Counted from the stretch's first letter, positions 12,301-22,350 are shown. The stretch: DNA of 64,000 nucleotides from a virus (IMGVR_UViG_3300020388_000011:32001-96000), one strand, 5' to 3'. The notes: a model not told the origin generated them from the sequence alone. A program made the numbers and translations.

Positions 12301-14995
12301 TGTTATCGTTGGCGGTGCCCTAACTGTTGTTGGAGATACCACATTCCTAGGAATTGTATCTATTACTGATACATTATTCGTCAACCAGGAAATCACTGGT
12401 GTTTCCACAGTAAATAGACTGGAGTTTAATGTAGGTATTGGTTCTACGTTGACTGTGGGCTTCCTCAGCACCAAGGACTTATATGTTGCTGGTGTTTCCA
12501 CCTTCGTTGGTGTAGGCACGTTCCAGAACGATCTATACGTCTCTAAAGACCTCTTCGTAGAACGTAATGTTTTAATTGGTAGTGCTCTAACAGTACCTGA
12601 TTTAACAGCAACTGGTAATGCGAACATCACAGGTGTTGCTTCTATCACTAGTGGTACTATTGGAATTGTCACAATCGGCATTGCTTCTATTAGCAATGGC
12701 ACAATCGGGGTTGCCACTGTTGGTTTCTTAAGTGCTGCTAGTGGTGATGTTACTCTAGAGAATGCTGATATTGACAACGCGACTATTGGAGTTGCCACTG
12801 TCGGTTTCTTAAGTGTAACTGATGGTAGTATTTCAGGCATCGTCACGTTCACAGGTGAGATTGATATTAATGCGAACGTTGACATTGAAGGACTGCTTCG
12901 CGTTGATGACCTCATCGTAACAGGAGTAACCACACTCAACATCGCAGATATTAGTGATGCTGAAATTGATACCGCATTAATTACTGCCGCTACCATCAGC
13001 ACATCCCGTATTGGATTCTCTAGTGTTGGTATTTTAACTGTTGGATTTGGTGAAACTACAGCCGGTTCATTCTTCCGCACAGGTGTTGGTACTATTGTAG
13101 GATTTACTACAATCACTGGTGACGTATTCATTGATGGTAACCAGACAATTACTGGCATCTCTAGCTTCTCCCAGTTAGATGCGCAGCAGTCACAGATTGG
13201 TATCCTAACGGTATTTGATTTACTAGATTCCGACTTCATATTCTCCGCTGGTCCTCTAGGATTTGCTACACTCAATAACTTCTCAGCAAATATCGGTGTT
13301 GTTACTGGTCTCGCTATCAGTGGTGTACTGACTGCCCAGGATCTTGAGGTAGAAGACTTGCGAGTGACCAGAAACCTTGAGGTCAATGGAATCAGTTCAT
13401 TGGGTGCTCCTGGTCCTCTTGGATTCACTACAACTAGAGGTGACCTATATGTTGGAGGTGACCTATTCGTACTAGATGACATTTTCTATGATGAAATTTC
13501 TGGTCGTAACTTATTCATTAGTGGTATTGGTACAATCAATACACTATTTGCCAATACTGGTATTGTCACCACACTATTGGTAGAGAACCTTAATGCGAAC
13601 ATTGGGGTCGTAACAGATCTACGTGTTGAACAAGCTTCTGTCGGTGAGTATATTGGTACTTCAATCACAGCAGATTTCTTAGATATTACTGGACTCTCCA
13701 CATTCCGTGGCACTTCCGACTTCAGAAATGATGTTCTAGTTGACCGCAATGTAGATATTGCTGGTATTCTTACCGCATCTACTGTAGAAGCAACAGGAAT
13801 CTTCACAGGTCCTCAGGCATTTATTGATAATATTAGAGCATCTGTAATAGATGTAGACGATTTAACTTCTCTGCGTCAAACCACAGGAGTAGCTACAGTA
13901 ACTACATTCCTAAACCTACTAGGCAATTTCCAAGCAGTTGGGATGTCTACGATCAATATGATCGAGTCTGTAGAGATAATGAACTCAGGTTTAGTAACTA
14001 CTGGGTCACTATTCGTAGACACACTAGCGGAATTTGAAGATGTAATTATCAACGATACTCTTACCATTGATGGTATTGTTTCTATTAGCACTGATGTCTT
14101 CATTACTAATGGTAATCTTATTATTACTAATGGCAATCTTATCGCGGAAGATATCACCGCCACTAGAAACTTATTCGTAAGTGGGATTGGTACAATTCTT
14201 GCCATTGAATCCTCTAACGTTGAGGTTTCTGGATTCCTAAATGTTAATGGTATTACTACTAGCACCCAGATATATTCCTCGCTATTATATGCCAATACAG
14301 GTATTGTAACAACACTTATTGGTGATACCTTAACTTACAATACGGGCATTATAACCTCTCTAACGGTGCTGGATAGTGCGGTTATAGCTAACGATCTTCA
14401 AGTTATTGGTATAACTACTACTAATAATTTAAATGTCACCAACGACGCAGAGATAACAAACTTAAATGTGGTCGGCGTTTCTACATTAGCTAGCGCAGAT
14501 ATCAACCTCGCTAATATAGTAAATCTAACTTACAATTCTGGATTTGGAACTAGCCTCACACTTGAGTTTGGAGATATTACCGATGCAAGTATCGGTATTG
14601 CCACCATCACCTATGCTGATGTAACCAATTCACAAGTCGGAATTGAAACAGTTACTGTTAATCTAGATATCAAAGATATAACTAGACATTCGGCATTCAG
14701 ATTGAGTACCGCATCACAGTTCCCAACTCCTATGGTCATAGCAGATGATCTAACATATGATACATATGACATTACATTACAGGGAGTTGAAGCTGGAAAC
14801 GTACATACAACTAAAATCTTGGCAATTCAAGATGGCACAAGTCCATTCTTCAATGAATACTCCACGGTATTTAATAATGTTGAAGTTGGTACTTATGAAG
14901 TTATCATCAGCGCAGGAACTGTAGCAATTCAAATTACCCCAACATCTTCCAATCCATCTACGTTTACAGCAACAGTTGTCGCCACAAAGACATAA
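9359..14995 (+). CDS. Long tail-fibre-like protein (1878 aa)
   Basis: Repeated (V/I)(S/T)G(I/V)(S/T)T(F/L) and DL(Y/F)V motifs suggest a trimeric beta-helical shaft. Very acidic. Ends in a C-terminal beta domain. Confidence 0.7.
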   Translation: MALFYQSGRVSRFAVGTPGFSTNRDLTLSVSGSLGVETSNPRASIDTPEISIRGPIYDAGIQTGGLGYFLSQDIEGVKWVAASPLDLTFVRVYEDDVQVGLSSFSGLNFKSNDPTLITINESPIGPNIADINFNTYWIRTQYGNNSGISTGYGPDGTYASLPGYGTSEAVGVTSVGIGTDKPEDDFQVGIGSTGVTINGPLGKLEAEIIKAKNIEIEGNITVESLIVDPGIATFRGNIDAQGISSFTGDIIAGFATIQELYVNDLEVEVFRAGVATLGLGRSAASFTVVENGLEVQGDIGTFFNDLYVGNDLYVAGDTFFNQINAENIRVSGVATLNAVEGNTGIFTSFKVTGITTLNQLEFNTGVGTNLQLESSTIGVLTATDITAGIATLGFASIKDANITGIVTVTEVDVEQIDIERAQVGVLTITQALSVSGTSTFVGLVTVTGEVFVDGDLTVTDQFTVKDLGAENLEVTGIGTIVNLESNVGIITTLFTEGSVNTGVGTFNVVDTNDIQAGTGTIGGIGFNSGRIDGTELDFDRGRIGILTGDLLSYGIGTFRDRFDSPGISNIAVAIGSNLNYSGFSQINGVTFGDELVDVVNRDLRVSGITTFAGVGTFGEDLYVKNDLFVGGELSFEQLTGTNLLVLGIATINQLDLNTGIGTFLDLEFLQVGVATITNLTGTISTITRMDSGTVAVTTDPSKYPTSNGQFYADRAFTEFLNSVETFTTDLTVFDETVLGGRLEVAGVSTFGSDIDLNGDIDVSGLTTTNFLFAGVGTILLLDTDFIESDEINTGIITAQDLVVTESADFQGDVVVDIGGTANIANANIGFASISQEVVGTSTVGFLSVTDANVGVVTVGVVSATEVDIDDLEANTASIGVATVGFGSFGTDENEGALFVTGINTFIGFTTFTGEVYIDGDLTVSGVTTFRQLDAEQSQIGILTTKTLLDSNGLLTAENVSISTSLTVNGLTTLTGFTTTADVIVGGALTVVGDTTFLGIVSITDTLFVNQEITGVSTVNRLEFNVGIGSTLTVGFLSTKDLYVAGVSTFVGVGTFQNDLYVSKDLFVERNVLIGSALTVPDLTATGNANITGVASITSGTIGIVTIGIASISNGTIGVATVGFLSAASGDVTLENADIDNATIGVATVGFLSVTDGSISGIVTFTGEIDINANVDIEGLLRVDDLIVTGVTTLNIADISDAEIDTALITAATISTSRIGFSSVGILTVGFGETTAGSFFRTGVGTIVGFTTITGDVFIDGNQTITGISSFSQLDAQQSQIGILTVFDLLDSDFIFSAGPLGFATLNNFSANIGVVTGLAISGVLTAQDLEVEDLRVTRNLEVNGISSLGAPGPLGFTTTRGDLYVGGDLFVLDDIFYDEISGRNLFISGIGTINTLFANTGIVTTLLVENLNANIGVVTDLRVEQASVGEYIGTSITADFLDITGLSTFRGTSDFRNDVLVDRNVDIAGILTASTVEATGIFTGPQAFIDNIRASVIDVDDLTSLRQTTGVATVTTFLNLLGNFQAVGMSTINMIESVEIMNSGLVTTGSLFVDTLAEFEDVIINDTLTIDGIVSISTDVFITNGNLIITNGNLIAEDITATRNLFVSGIGTILAIESSNVEVSGFLNVNGITTSTQIYSSLLYANTGIVTTLIGDTLTYNTGIITSLTVLDSAVIANDLQVIGITTTNNLNVTNDAEITNLNVVGVSTLASADINLANIVNLTYNSGFGTSLTLEFGDITDASIGIATITYADVTNSQVGIETVTVNLDIKDITRHSAFRLSTASQFPTPMVIADDLTYDTYDITLQGVEAGNVHTTKILAIQDGTSPFFNEYSTVFNNVEVGTYEVIISAGTVAIQITPTSSNPSTFTATVVATKT

Positions 14996-15004
14996 TTTAT
15001 ACAG

Positions 15005-15012
15005 TATAAATA
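15005..15012 (+). promoter_or_regulatory. T4-type late promoter TATAAATA
   Basis: Exact TATAAATA in the intergenic region upstream of a fibre gene. Confidence 0.75.
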
Positions 15013-15056
15013 CATTCATACAATATAATTTTTAATTATAGGGGGAATGTGAACCC

Positions 15057-18000
15057 GTGGCGAATCAGAATTTCCGCGTCAAGAAAGGTTTAGAAGTAGG
15101 AGTAGGTGGAACGTCTCTATTCGCAGACGACACCGGAGTTGGTATTAATAGTACAACACCTAGAGGTGCCCTTGATGTAAGGGGAGATGCTTACATTGAA
15201 GATCTTAGGGTAGGACCTTCAACGGCAGGGATAGGGTCAACTTCCCTCTTTGTAGATGGTGGTACATATATTGATGGGGATGTATTTATTACTGGTGATC
15301 TCATCTTTGATGATGCGATCCTAGATGATCTAGTCGTCACTGGAATCTCATCACTTAATGAGCTAACATTTAATGTTGGCATTGGATCTACTCTCACTCT
15401 GCAATACCTCAATGTTACAGAGAGCGCAAAAATTAATGGCGCAGGTATTGCTACTATAGGTGGCGATCCAATATTCGAGACTATTGAAGTAACTGACTAC
15501 TCCATATTCGGTGGGCTGAATACAACTGGTTTCTCAACATTCTACCAGAACCTAGACATAAAAGAAGACCTATCAGTTGGTGGCAACATCGTACTGGAGG
15601 ATCTAGATGCTGGTAATATTACTGTTGGTGGTACAGTATTCACTAATGGCTTAGATTTTAATGTAGGTATTGGAACCACACTCACTCTTCAGTTTCTTAA
15701 AGTTACAGACAGTGCGGAAATTAATGGCGCAGGTATTGCTACCCTTGGTGGTGATCCAGTATTTAATTCATTATCAGTCACAGGATTCTCAACTTTCGGT
15801 GGACTGAATACAACTGGTTTCTCTACATTCTATCAGAACTTAAGAGTAGATAAAAATTTACAAGTTGGTGGAGATATTTCACTTGACGACCTAACCTCAG
15901 GTAATATTACTGTTGGTGGAACTGTAACTACCAACGGATTAGTATTTAATGTAGGTATCGGCACTACAGCTCAGTTTGAAGACTTAATTGTAACTGGAAT
16001 CTCTAGTCTTCAAACTATCACTGGTTTTGGCTCGGACCTCCAGTACTTGCCAGCAGGATCCATAAGTACAGCTATAGGTATTGGGTCAACGATTCCCCCC
16101 ACTCTGCGACCGACAGGGGAACCAATCCAAGCTGGCGATCTATGGTTTGACGCCCAAGGTTTAAGACAATACACATACTATATTGATCCTAATGGTGACG
16201 CACAGTGGGTAGATTCTAATCCACCCCCAACTGAACCAGCATTACGATTTAGTGGTGATGATGGTGAAATTGGTGAAGTTGATCTTCAACTAGCAGTATT
16301 TAATATTGTAGGTAAAAAGAACCAAGTACTTACTGATGCTGTAGGAGCAGGAACATCTCTTATTGTTGGTCTATCCACAAACGTTTCCATCGATGGAAGC
16401 CTTTCTGTAGGAACAACTGCTAGTTTTGGTGGTTCTGTTTCTATTGGAGATACATTATTTGTTACGGATAATGTTGTTATTGGTGGTGGTATTACCTTCC
16501 AGGGTGATGTTACTATTGAGATTGATGTAGAAGTAGAAGGTAATATTAATCAGAGTCCATCTGGTATTGCAACCTTTGGTGAATTAAACTTCAATGTCGG
16601 CTTTGGAAACTCACTTACTGTAGATGATCTATTTGTAACTGGTACTATTGAAGCAGATGGTGCGGGTATCGCTACTATTGGTGGCTCACCTGTCTTTGAG
16701 AACCTAACTGTCACTGGGATTACTACACTAGGTTTCACTACAGTTCAAGGTAACTTGAATGTTACTGGTGACTTAATTGTCGGTGACGATATTGTATTTG
16801 ATGAAGCCACTCTAAGGAATATTAATGTTTCTGGTCTAGCATCACTCAACCAACTAACTTACAATGTTGGTACAGCACAGACTCTAACTATACAGCAGAG
16901 ACTATTTGTAGACAACGCTCCCACAGATCTAAATGGAGATTTGCGTGTTGGTGGAGCATCTACATTTATTGGTATCGCCACCTTTAATGATAGAGCATTT
17001 TTTGGCGGTACTGTTGACATAAACGGAGATCTTATAGCTGATGATGCTAGTTTTGTAGATCTCACAGTAAGTCAATCACTGATTTCTTCTGAGATATTTA
17101 CATATAATGTGGGAACTGGTGATACATTCACTGCCACTACAGATCTTAGAGCTCCTGGAAACTTAACTGCCACCGTAGCAGGCATCTCAACTGTAAATGT
17201 TGCTACTGAGCTTGAAGTCTCTGGGGTTAGTTCCTTTATTGGTGACATTGACTTCACTAAGGCAACTGGGTTTGACCTAACAATAAAGAACCTCACAGTA
17301 CCTGCTGGTGGTAGCGCTAATATTCCTGGCATCGCACTCACCACTAGTGATGCTGTATTCCCTAACCTATTAGTAACTGGAGTATCTACATTCCAGGGTG
17401 AGGTAGAAGCAGATGCCAATGTATCTATAGCAGGTACGATATTTGTAGGAGCAGATGGAAGTCCTGTTATTACTTTAGATCCAAGCCAAAAGCTTGTTCA
17501 GGTAGGTGATTCTTTCATTCAAGGATCTAACTTCGCCACATTAACCCCTGCCAAAATTAAATCGGGTGAAGCAGAGTTTACTCAACTCAATGTAACAGGT
17601 TCTACAAATTCCGTATTTGCTGGTGATGTTGAAGTACAGGGTAATCTCATAGTAAGTGGAGACATTGACTATGATGAAGTAACCGGTCGTAATCTAAACA
17701 TTACTGGCATCGGCACAATTGAAGATCTATTTAGCACCAACTTGACTGTAGCAGAACTTACAGAACTAAAGGATCTAAATGTTAGTGGTACTGCTAATAT
17801 TTCTGGTGTTGGTATTGTTACTCTAGGTGGTGACGTAACATTCAATTCAGTAGTAGTAACTGGTTTCTCCACTTTCAGTGGAATAGGTACATTCCAAAAT
17901 GACCTATTCGTTTCCGATAATCTATTCGTTTCTGAGCTAACATCAACTACAAACTTAATTGCTAGTGGAGTTTCTACCTTAAGTATAGTTGGAGCCGACA

Positions 18001-19049
18001 CTATTGGGTTTGGAACTGCTACGGGTAATGAGATAACAATAAACAGTCTTACTGTACCACCTGGTGGCTTTGTAAGTCTTCCAAACATTCCAGTCAGCGG
18101 AGGAAGTGCGACATTCGCTGAACTAGAAGTTACTGGCGTATCTACATTCGCTGGTATCGCAACATTCTCTGCTGATATATATGTAAATGGTGACCTAGTA
18201 GTTGAAGGTAATCAAGTATTTTCTGGCATTAGTGGTATAAACATTGATGTCACGGGAATCCTCACAACTAATCAGTTTAGGGCTACTGGACTATCAACAT
18301 TCACTAGTGATCTATTTGTAGAAGATGATCTATTCGTAAAGCGTAATCTTCTAGTTGGTGGCATAGCAACTGTAGGCACTCTAACCGCAACAGATGCTCG
18401 TGTCCTAAATCTAATTATTGATGGCAACCTTACAGGTGGTTCCGATGGACAAGCAATTATTATTGATGGTGACTCTATCATCAGTGGTATTGTAACTATT
18501 GGTCCAGCTTCAATTACATTGAACGGTCTTCCCGGTCAAGAGAAGATTGAAATTGGAACTGGTAGTGGAAATGTTATTGCTGGTCTCAATACCTTTACAA
18601 ATGACCCATCCCACGTCCAGGTTGATGAAGGAAGATTCAACACATTCATTAGCGTAGCTGGTGTGGGTTCAACCTCAACCTTCAGTGGTGATGTAGTTGT
18701 TGGAGGTCAGATACGAGCAGACAGTGCAAGTATAACGGGCACTATTAGTGCTGGGGACTTTAATTCCCTCTCGGATATTAGAGTCAAGGATAATGTGAAG
18801 CCCATTGAGGGAGCCCTTGATAAAATTTGTAAATTAAATGGTATTACCTTTGAATTTATAAATAGCGGGAAACAATCTGCTGGTGTCATAGCACAAGAAG
18901 TTCGGGAAGTTTTCCCAACAATGGTTGTTGGAGATTTCCCCAAGTCTGTTAATTACAACGGATTGATTGGTGCTTTGATTGAATCCGTGAAGGAACTCAA
19001 AGAAGAAAATAATGAGTTAAGATCTAGGATAGAGAGGCTAGAAAGTTAA
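15057..19049 (+). CDS. Tail fibre protein with C-terminal S74 intramolecular chaperone
   Basis: N-terminal NFRVKKGLEVG motif and fibre repeats. The C-terminus SDIRVKDNVKPI...GVIAQEV...VNYNGLIGALIESVKEL followed by a coiled coil is the peptidase S74/ICA signature. Confidence 0.85.
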   Translation: MANQNFRVKKGLEVGVGGTSLFADDTGVGINSTTPRGALDVRGDAYIEDLRVGPSTAGIGSTSLFVDGGTYIDGDVFITGDLIFDDAILDDLVVTGISSLNELTFNVGIGSTLTLQYLNVTESAKINGAGIATIGGDPIFETIEVTDYSIFGGLNTTGFSTFYQNLDIKEDLSVGGNIVLEDLDAGNITVGGTVFTNGLDFNVGIGTTLTLQFLKVTDSAEINGAGIATLGGDPVFNSLSVTGFSTFGGLNTTGFSTFYQNLRVDKNLQVGGDISLDDLTSGNITVGGTVTTNGLVFNVGIGTTAQFEDLIVTGISSLQTITGFGSDLQYLPAGSISTAIGIGSTIPPTLRPTGEPIQAGDLWFDAQGLRQYTYYIDPNGDAQWVDSNPPPTEPALRFSGDDGEIGEVDLQLAVFNIVGKKNQVLTDAVGAGTSLIVGLSTNVSIDGSLSVGTTASFGGSVSIGDTLFVTDNVVIGGGITFQGDVTIEIDVEVEGNINQSPSGIATFGELNFNVGFGNSLTVDDLFVTGTIEADGAGIATIGGSPVFENLTVTGITTLGFTTVQGNLNVTGDLIVGDDIVFDEATLRNINVSGLASLNQLTYNVGTAQTLTIQQRLFVDNAPTDLNGDLRVGGASTFIGIATFNDRAFFGGTVDINGDLIADDASFVDLTVSQSLISSEIFTYNVGTGDTFTATTDLRAPGNLTATVAGISTVNVATELEVSGVSSFIGDIDFTKATGFDLTIKNLTVPAGGSANIPGIALTTSDAVFPNLLVTGVSTFQGEVEADANVSIAGTIFVGADGSPVITLDPSQKLVQVGDSFIQGSNFATLTPAKIKSGEAEFTQLNVTGSTNSVFAGDVEVQGNLIVSGDIDYDEVTGRNLNITGIGTIEDLFSTNLTVAELTELKDLNVSGTANISGVGIVTLGGDVTFNSVVVTGFSTFSGIGTFQNDLFVSDNLFVSELTSTTNLIASGVSTLSIVGADTIGFGTATGNEITINSLTVPPGGFVSLPNIPVSGGSATFAELEVTGVSTFAGIATFSADIYVNGDLVVEGNQVFSGISGINIDVTGILTTNQFRATGLSTFTSDLFVEDDLFVKRNLLVGGIATVGTLTATDARVLNLIIDGNLTGGSDGQAIIIDGDSIISGIVTIGPASITLNGLPGQEKIEIGTGSGNVIAGLNTFTNDPSHVQVDEGRFNTFISVAGVGSTSTFSGDVVVGGQIRADSASITGTISAGDFNSLSDIRVKDNVKPIEGALDKICKLNGITFEFINSGKQSAGVIAQEVREVFPTMVVGDFPKSVNYNGLIGALIESVKELKEENNELRSRIERLES
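15350..15965 (+). repeat. Internal tandem duplication, 288 nt (96 aa) period
   Basis: TTAATGGCGCAGGTATTGCTAC occurs at 15433 and 15721. GGLNTTGFSTFYQNL is repeated. Boundaries are approximate. Confidence 0.8.
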
Positions 19050-19121
19050 AGTTACATAAATATAAAGAGGCTTATTTAGCCTTTTTGTACGTACACAAAG
19101 ACTTTAAGGAGAAAAATTTTA

Positions 19122-20801
19122 ATGGCATACCAAATACAAGGTGATGTTATTATTAATGATACAAGAGATCTTATTGGGATTAATACCGCTGGTATTGATG
19201 CCGCTCTCTTTGTAGGTGATCAGATTCAGCTAGATGCTGGTTCTGGAATCGTAACTGCGGTTGAGTACCGTGGTGATGGTTCACAACTAACTGGTATCAT
19301 CACCGCTGGTGGTGGTGGCGGAACAGTTATTGATTTAAATGTCACTGGCATCGCTACAATTGGCGAACTAAACGTCACTGGTGTAGCTACATTTAATGGA
19401 GATATTGATCTCAATAATAATGATATTCTAAATGGTGGTGTAGGCAACTTCACCTCATTGGAGGTTGCTGGTCATATTGAAGGTGACACACTACAAATCA
19501 GTGGTCTATCCACATTTGCAGGTGCTGCCGAGTTCACCCAGATTAGTTTCACTGGCGGAGACGCTGCTGAATTCGCATCTGGAATCACAACAGACCTAAA
19601 TGAGTCTGCTGGCGCTAACGAGCTAGCAACTGCCGAAGGTACAAAGGATTATGTTGACTCCAAGATTGGTGGTGGTTCACTACTAGAGATTGTTGGTGAT
19701 AATGGTGTTCAAGGTGAGATTGACCTAGCAAATGACGAAGTATTTGAACTCTCAGGTACTTCTAATCAGATTGATACTGATATTGCTGGTGTTGGTTTCA
19801 ACACCGTCACATTCTCACTCTCATCCACACTAGAGCTTCCTGGCTCTATGGCGTTTGCTGGTGGTGATGCTGACGAGAACTTCACTGGAATCACAACAGA
19901 CCTAAATGAGTCTTCTGGCGATACTGAAGCAGTTACTGCTGCAGGAGTTGTCAACTATGTTGCTGGTCAAGTTGGTGGAAACTCCAATCTAACTATTGTT
20001 GACGATGCTGCTGGCATTGGAACAATTGCTCTAGGTACAGAGAGTTTTGTAATCAATGGGACTCCTAATGAAGTCACAGCTGTTGTCTCTGGCGTTCCTG
20101 GAGTTCTTACTCTTGGCTTGGCTGAAGATGTAACAATTACTGGTAGCCTAACCGTTACTAACGACTTCAGTTTTGCTGGTGGTCAAATAGTTAACGTTAT
20201 TGGTATTGAGACCTCATTGGTCGATACTGTAACCGGAATTGCTACTAACAGCAGCATTCCTACTCAACTAGCTGTTAAGACTTACGTCGATGCTGCTATT
20301 ACCGAGACTGGTGGCACTCTAAACTTTGGAGGTGGTACTGGAACTGGTTCTGTTGACTTAAGCAGCCAGACCTTCAGCATCGTAGGTACTAATCTAGAAG
20401 TAGAAACAGTTGGTGCTGGTCAATCTATCACGATTGGTCTACCTGACAGTGTATCTATTACTAGCTTGCTAACCACAGGTGCTGGCGCTGTTATTACTGG
20501 TGTCTGTACCGCTACTGACTTCAACTCAACTTCTGATATCCGTAAAAAGGATAACATCGTTGAGATTGACGAAGCTGTAGCTAAAGTTCAAGCACTACGC
20601 GGTGTAACTTTCGATTGGAAAGATGGTTCAGGTTCTTCAGCTGGTGTTATCGCACAGGAAGTTGAAGCTGTTCTTCCTACTCTAGTCAAGGAAGGTGCTG
20701 ATCACAAGACTGTTGTTTATAACGGTCTAATTGGTCTACTCGTTCAGGCTGTTAAAGAACAGGCTGATCAAATTGCTGCTCTTCAAGAGAAGCTTGGTTG
20801 A
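19122..20801 (+). CDS. Fibre protein with C-terminal S74 chaperone
   Basis: C-terminal SDIRKKDNI...GVTFDWK...GVIAQEVE...YNGLIGLLVQAVKE. Upstream are ATAAATA (19056-19062) and an AAGGAG RBS. A 29-nt internal repeat has a 306-nt spacing. Confidence 0.85.
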   Translation: MAYQIQGDVIINDTRDLIGINTAGIDAALFVGDQIQLDAGSGIVTAVEYRGDGSQLTGIITAGGGGGTVIDLNVTGIATIGELNVTGVATFNGDIDLNNNDILNGGVGNFTSLEVAGHIEGDTLQISGLSTFAGAAEFTQISFTGGDAAEFASGITTDLNESAGANELATAEGTKDYVDSKIGGGSLLEIVGDNGVQGEIDLANDEVFELSGTSNQIDTDIAGVGFNTVTFSLSSTLELPGSMAFAGGDADENFTGITTDLNESSGDTEAVTAAGVVNYVAGQVGGNSNLTIVDDAAGIGTIALGTESFVINGTPNEVTAVVSGVPGVLTLGLAEDVTITGSLTVTNDFSFAGGQIVNVIGIETSLVDTVTGIATNSSIPTQLAVKTYVDAAITETGGTLNFGGGTGTGSVDLSSQTFSIVGTNLEVETVGAGQSITIGLPDSVSITSLLTTGAGAVITGVCTATDFNSTSDIRKKDNIVEIDEAVAKVQALRGVTFDWKDGSGSSAGVIAQEVEAVLPTLVKEGADHKTVVYNGLIGLLVQAVKEQADQIAALQEKLG

Positions 20802-20829
20802 TCTATCTATTATAACATAGATATGGGGC

Positions 20830-20858
20830 TTGACAAAGCCTCTTAAATCAACTACAAT
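20830..20858 (+). promoter_or_regulatory. sigma70-type promoter TTGACA-N17-TACAAT
   Basis: Consensus -35, 17-nt spacer, near-consensus -10. Confidence 0.7.
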
Positions 20859-20905
20859 CAGCCTTGTCGGGGTTGATAAGTCACTCTAAGTACTTAGAGA
20901 ATCAT

Positions 20906-20932
20906 AGAAGGACTTTAAAGTCCTTCTTTTTT
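20906..20932 (+). terminator. Intrinsic terminator
   Basis: AGAAGGACTTTAAAGTCCTTCT palindrome followed by a T-run. Confidence 0.8.
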
Positions 20933-20966
20933 ATGTCTATAAATAATTATAGTCATTAATATGTAA

Positions 20967-21098
20967 ATGGGATTTTCTATTAGAGGAAAAGAAATTATTT
21001 CAAGTGGTGATGAAGAGCTAAAGTCAAGTAGCACTGAAGAGTCTACTGAAGAAGTGGTATTACCTATCCCCACCCCTACTGAGGAAGAAGCACAATAA
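20967..21098 (+). CDS. Small acidic protein (43 aa, MGFSIRGKEII...EEEAQ), not in the ORF track
   Basis: Intact ORF read from the sequence, preceded by late promoter TATAAATA (20938-20945). Confidence 0.55.
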   Translation: MGFSIRGKEIISSGDEELKSSSTEESTEEVVLPIPTPTEEEAQ

Positions 21099-21140
21099 GC
21101 TTATTGTATGTTATAATAGTACCTTGGTGAATCATATCAA

Positions 21141-21377
21141 ATGTTAACAGTATATTCTAAAACTAAATGCCAATACTGTGAAGCTATAACTAAGCTTCTT
21201 AAGTTAAAAAATATTGAGTATAAAAAATTACTATTAGCTGTTGATTTTACTAGAGAAGAATTTATTGAGAAATTTGGATCTAACACCACGTTTCCAAAAG
21301 TTTTAAAAGAAGATGGTACCATCATCGGAGGTGCTACTGACACAGTTAATTATTTAAAGCTTGAGGGACTATTATAA
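21141..21377 (+). CDS. nrdC: Glutaredoxin
   Basis: VYSK..CQYC active site, TFP.V cis-Pro motif and IGG motif in a 78 aa protein. Confidence 0.9.
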   Translation: MLTVYSKTKCQYCEAITKLLKLKNIEYKKLLLAVDFTREEFIEKFGSNTTFPKVLKEDGTIIGGATDTVNYLKLEGLL

Positions 21378-21405
21378 ATAACTAAAAGACCTTGGGGGAG
21401 AGCAA

Positions 21406-21636
21406 ATGCTTACTCTATCGATTGTATTTGGCGTCATAATGCTCCAAATGTTTCTTCTGTTAGGGGGTGTCATAGGCTATCTAACTTATGGTTACATTTC
21501 AGCTCAAGCTTCAGCATTACCAAACCACCCAGAGTTTTACGATGAAGAAGGTAACGTATTACCAGATGAGATTCTTGCTATTCGTTTTGAGAATAGCTAC
21601 GATAACCTGGGTGATTGGGAAGAAGAAGACCTTTAA
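21406..21636 (+). CDS. Conserved cyanophage membrane-anchored protein
   Basis: N-terminal hydrophobic helix and HPEFYDEEGN..PDEILAIRFEN motif. Late promoter TATAAATA at 21373-21380. Confidence 0.7.
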   Translation: MLTLSIVFGVIMLQMFLLLGGVIGYLTYGYISAQASALPNHPEFYDEEGNVLPDEILAIRFENSYDNLGDWEEEDL

Positions 21637-21656
21637 AACATTATTTTTTAATTATC

Positions 21657-22268
21657 ATGGCAGAAGCGACAACGAAAACAAGGAAGCCTTCCGCTTCCAA
21701 AGCAACTACTTCACCTAAAAAGAAGCCACTTTCGATGGACCTACCAAATAGTCCATTGATGTTTGAAATTTTAGATCTAGCCTCTCGTCAAAGGAGTAAG
21801 GCTAAAAAAGTGGAAGTTCTTAAAAAATATGAATGTATGACTCTTAAGTCTTTATTCATTTGGAACTTTGATGACACTGTAATCAGTGTATTGCCTGAAG
21901 GTGAAGTACCTTACGGTGATCCTGAAGATCAGCTAAAATATAACGGTACATTGTCTGAAAATCTAGCGGATAAGTCTCGTAAAATGTATACTGACGGAAA
22001 CTTTTCACTAGGTAGTTCTGACACTAACGGTAGAACTACTCTTCGTGCCCAGACTCGCAACTTCTATCATTTCGTTAAGGGTGGTAATGATGACCTATCT
22101 GGTATGCGTCGTGAGTCTATGTTTATTAACCTTCTACAGTCAGTTCATCCTCTTGAAGCAGAGATTATGGTCCTTGTAAAGGATGGTCTTTTAGAAAATA
22201 CTTATAAAATTTCTAGAGAAATAGTTGAGCAGGCTTATCCCGACATCAGTTGGGGTGGAAGGGGTTGA
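21657..22268 (+). CDS. Conserved T4-like cyanophage hypothetical protein
   Basis: LPEGEVPY and RRESMFINLL..HPLEAEI motifs. ATG 21657 is preferred over the track start at 21615. Confidence 0.7.
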   Translation: MAEATTKTRKPSASKATTSPKKKPLSMDLPNSPLMFEILDLASRQRSKAKKVEVLKKYECMTLKSLFIWNFDDTVISVLPEGEVPYGDPEDQLKYNGTLSENLADKSRKMYTDGNFSLGSSDTNGRTTLRAQTRNFYHFVKGGNDDLSGMRRESMFINLLQSVHPLEAEIMVLVKDGLLENTYKISREIVEQAYPDISWGGRG

Positions 22269-22350
22269 TTTTCTCCACCCAAAATCTTCCATAAACCTTA
22301 AGAAATTATAAAGCTTCCTAAATATGTGGAGAGTATGCTATACTCTTTAT

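Noticed and set aside
11860-13482. 540-aa minus-strand ORF and other long antisense ORFs (e.g. 32296-33057, 39509-40288, 56145-56900, 57180-57902)
   Set aside because: They are shadows of repetitive, codon-biased + strand genes, with no motifs, RBS or promoter.
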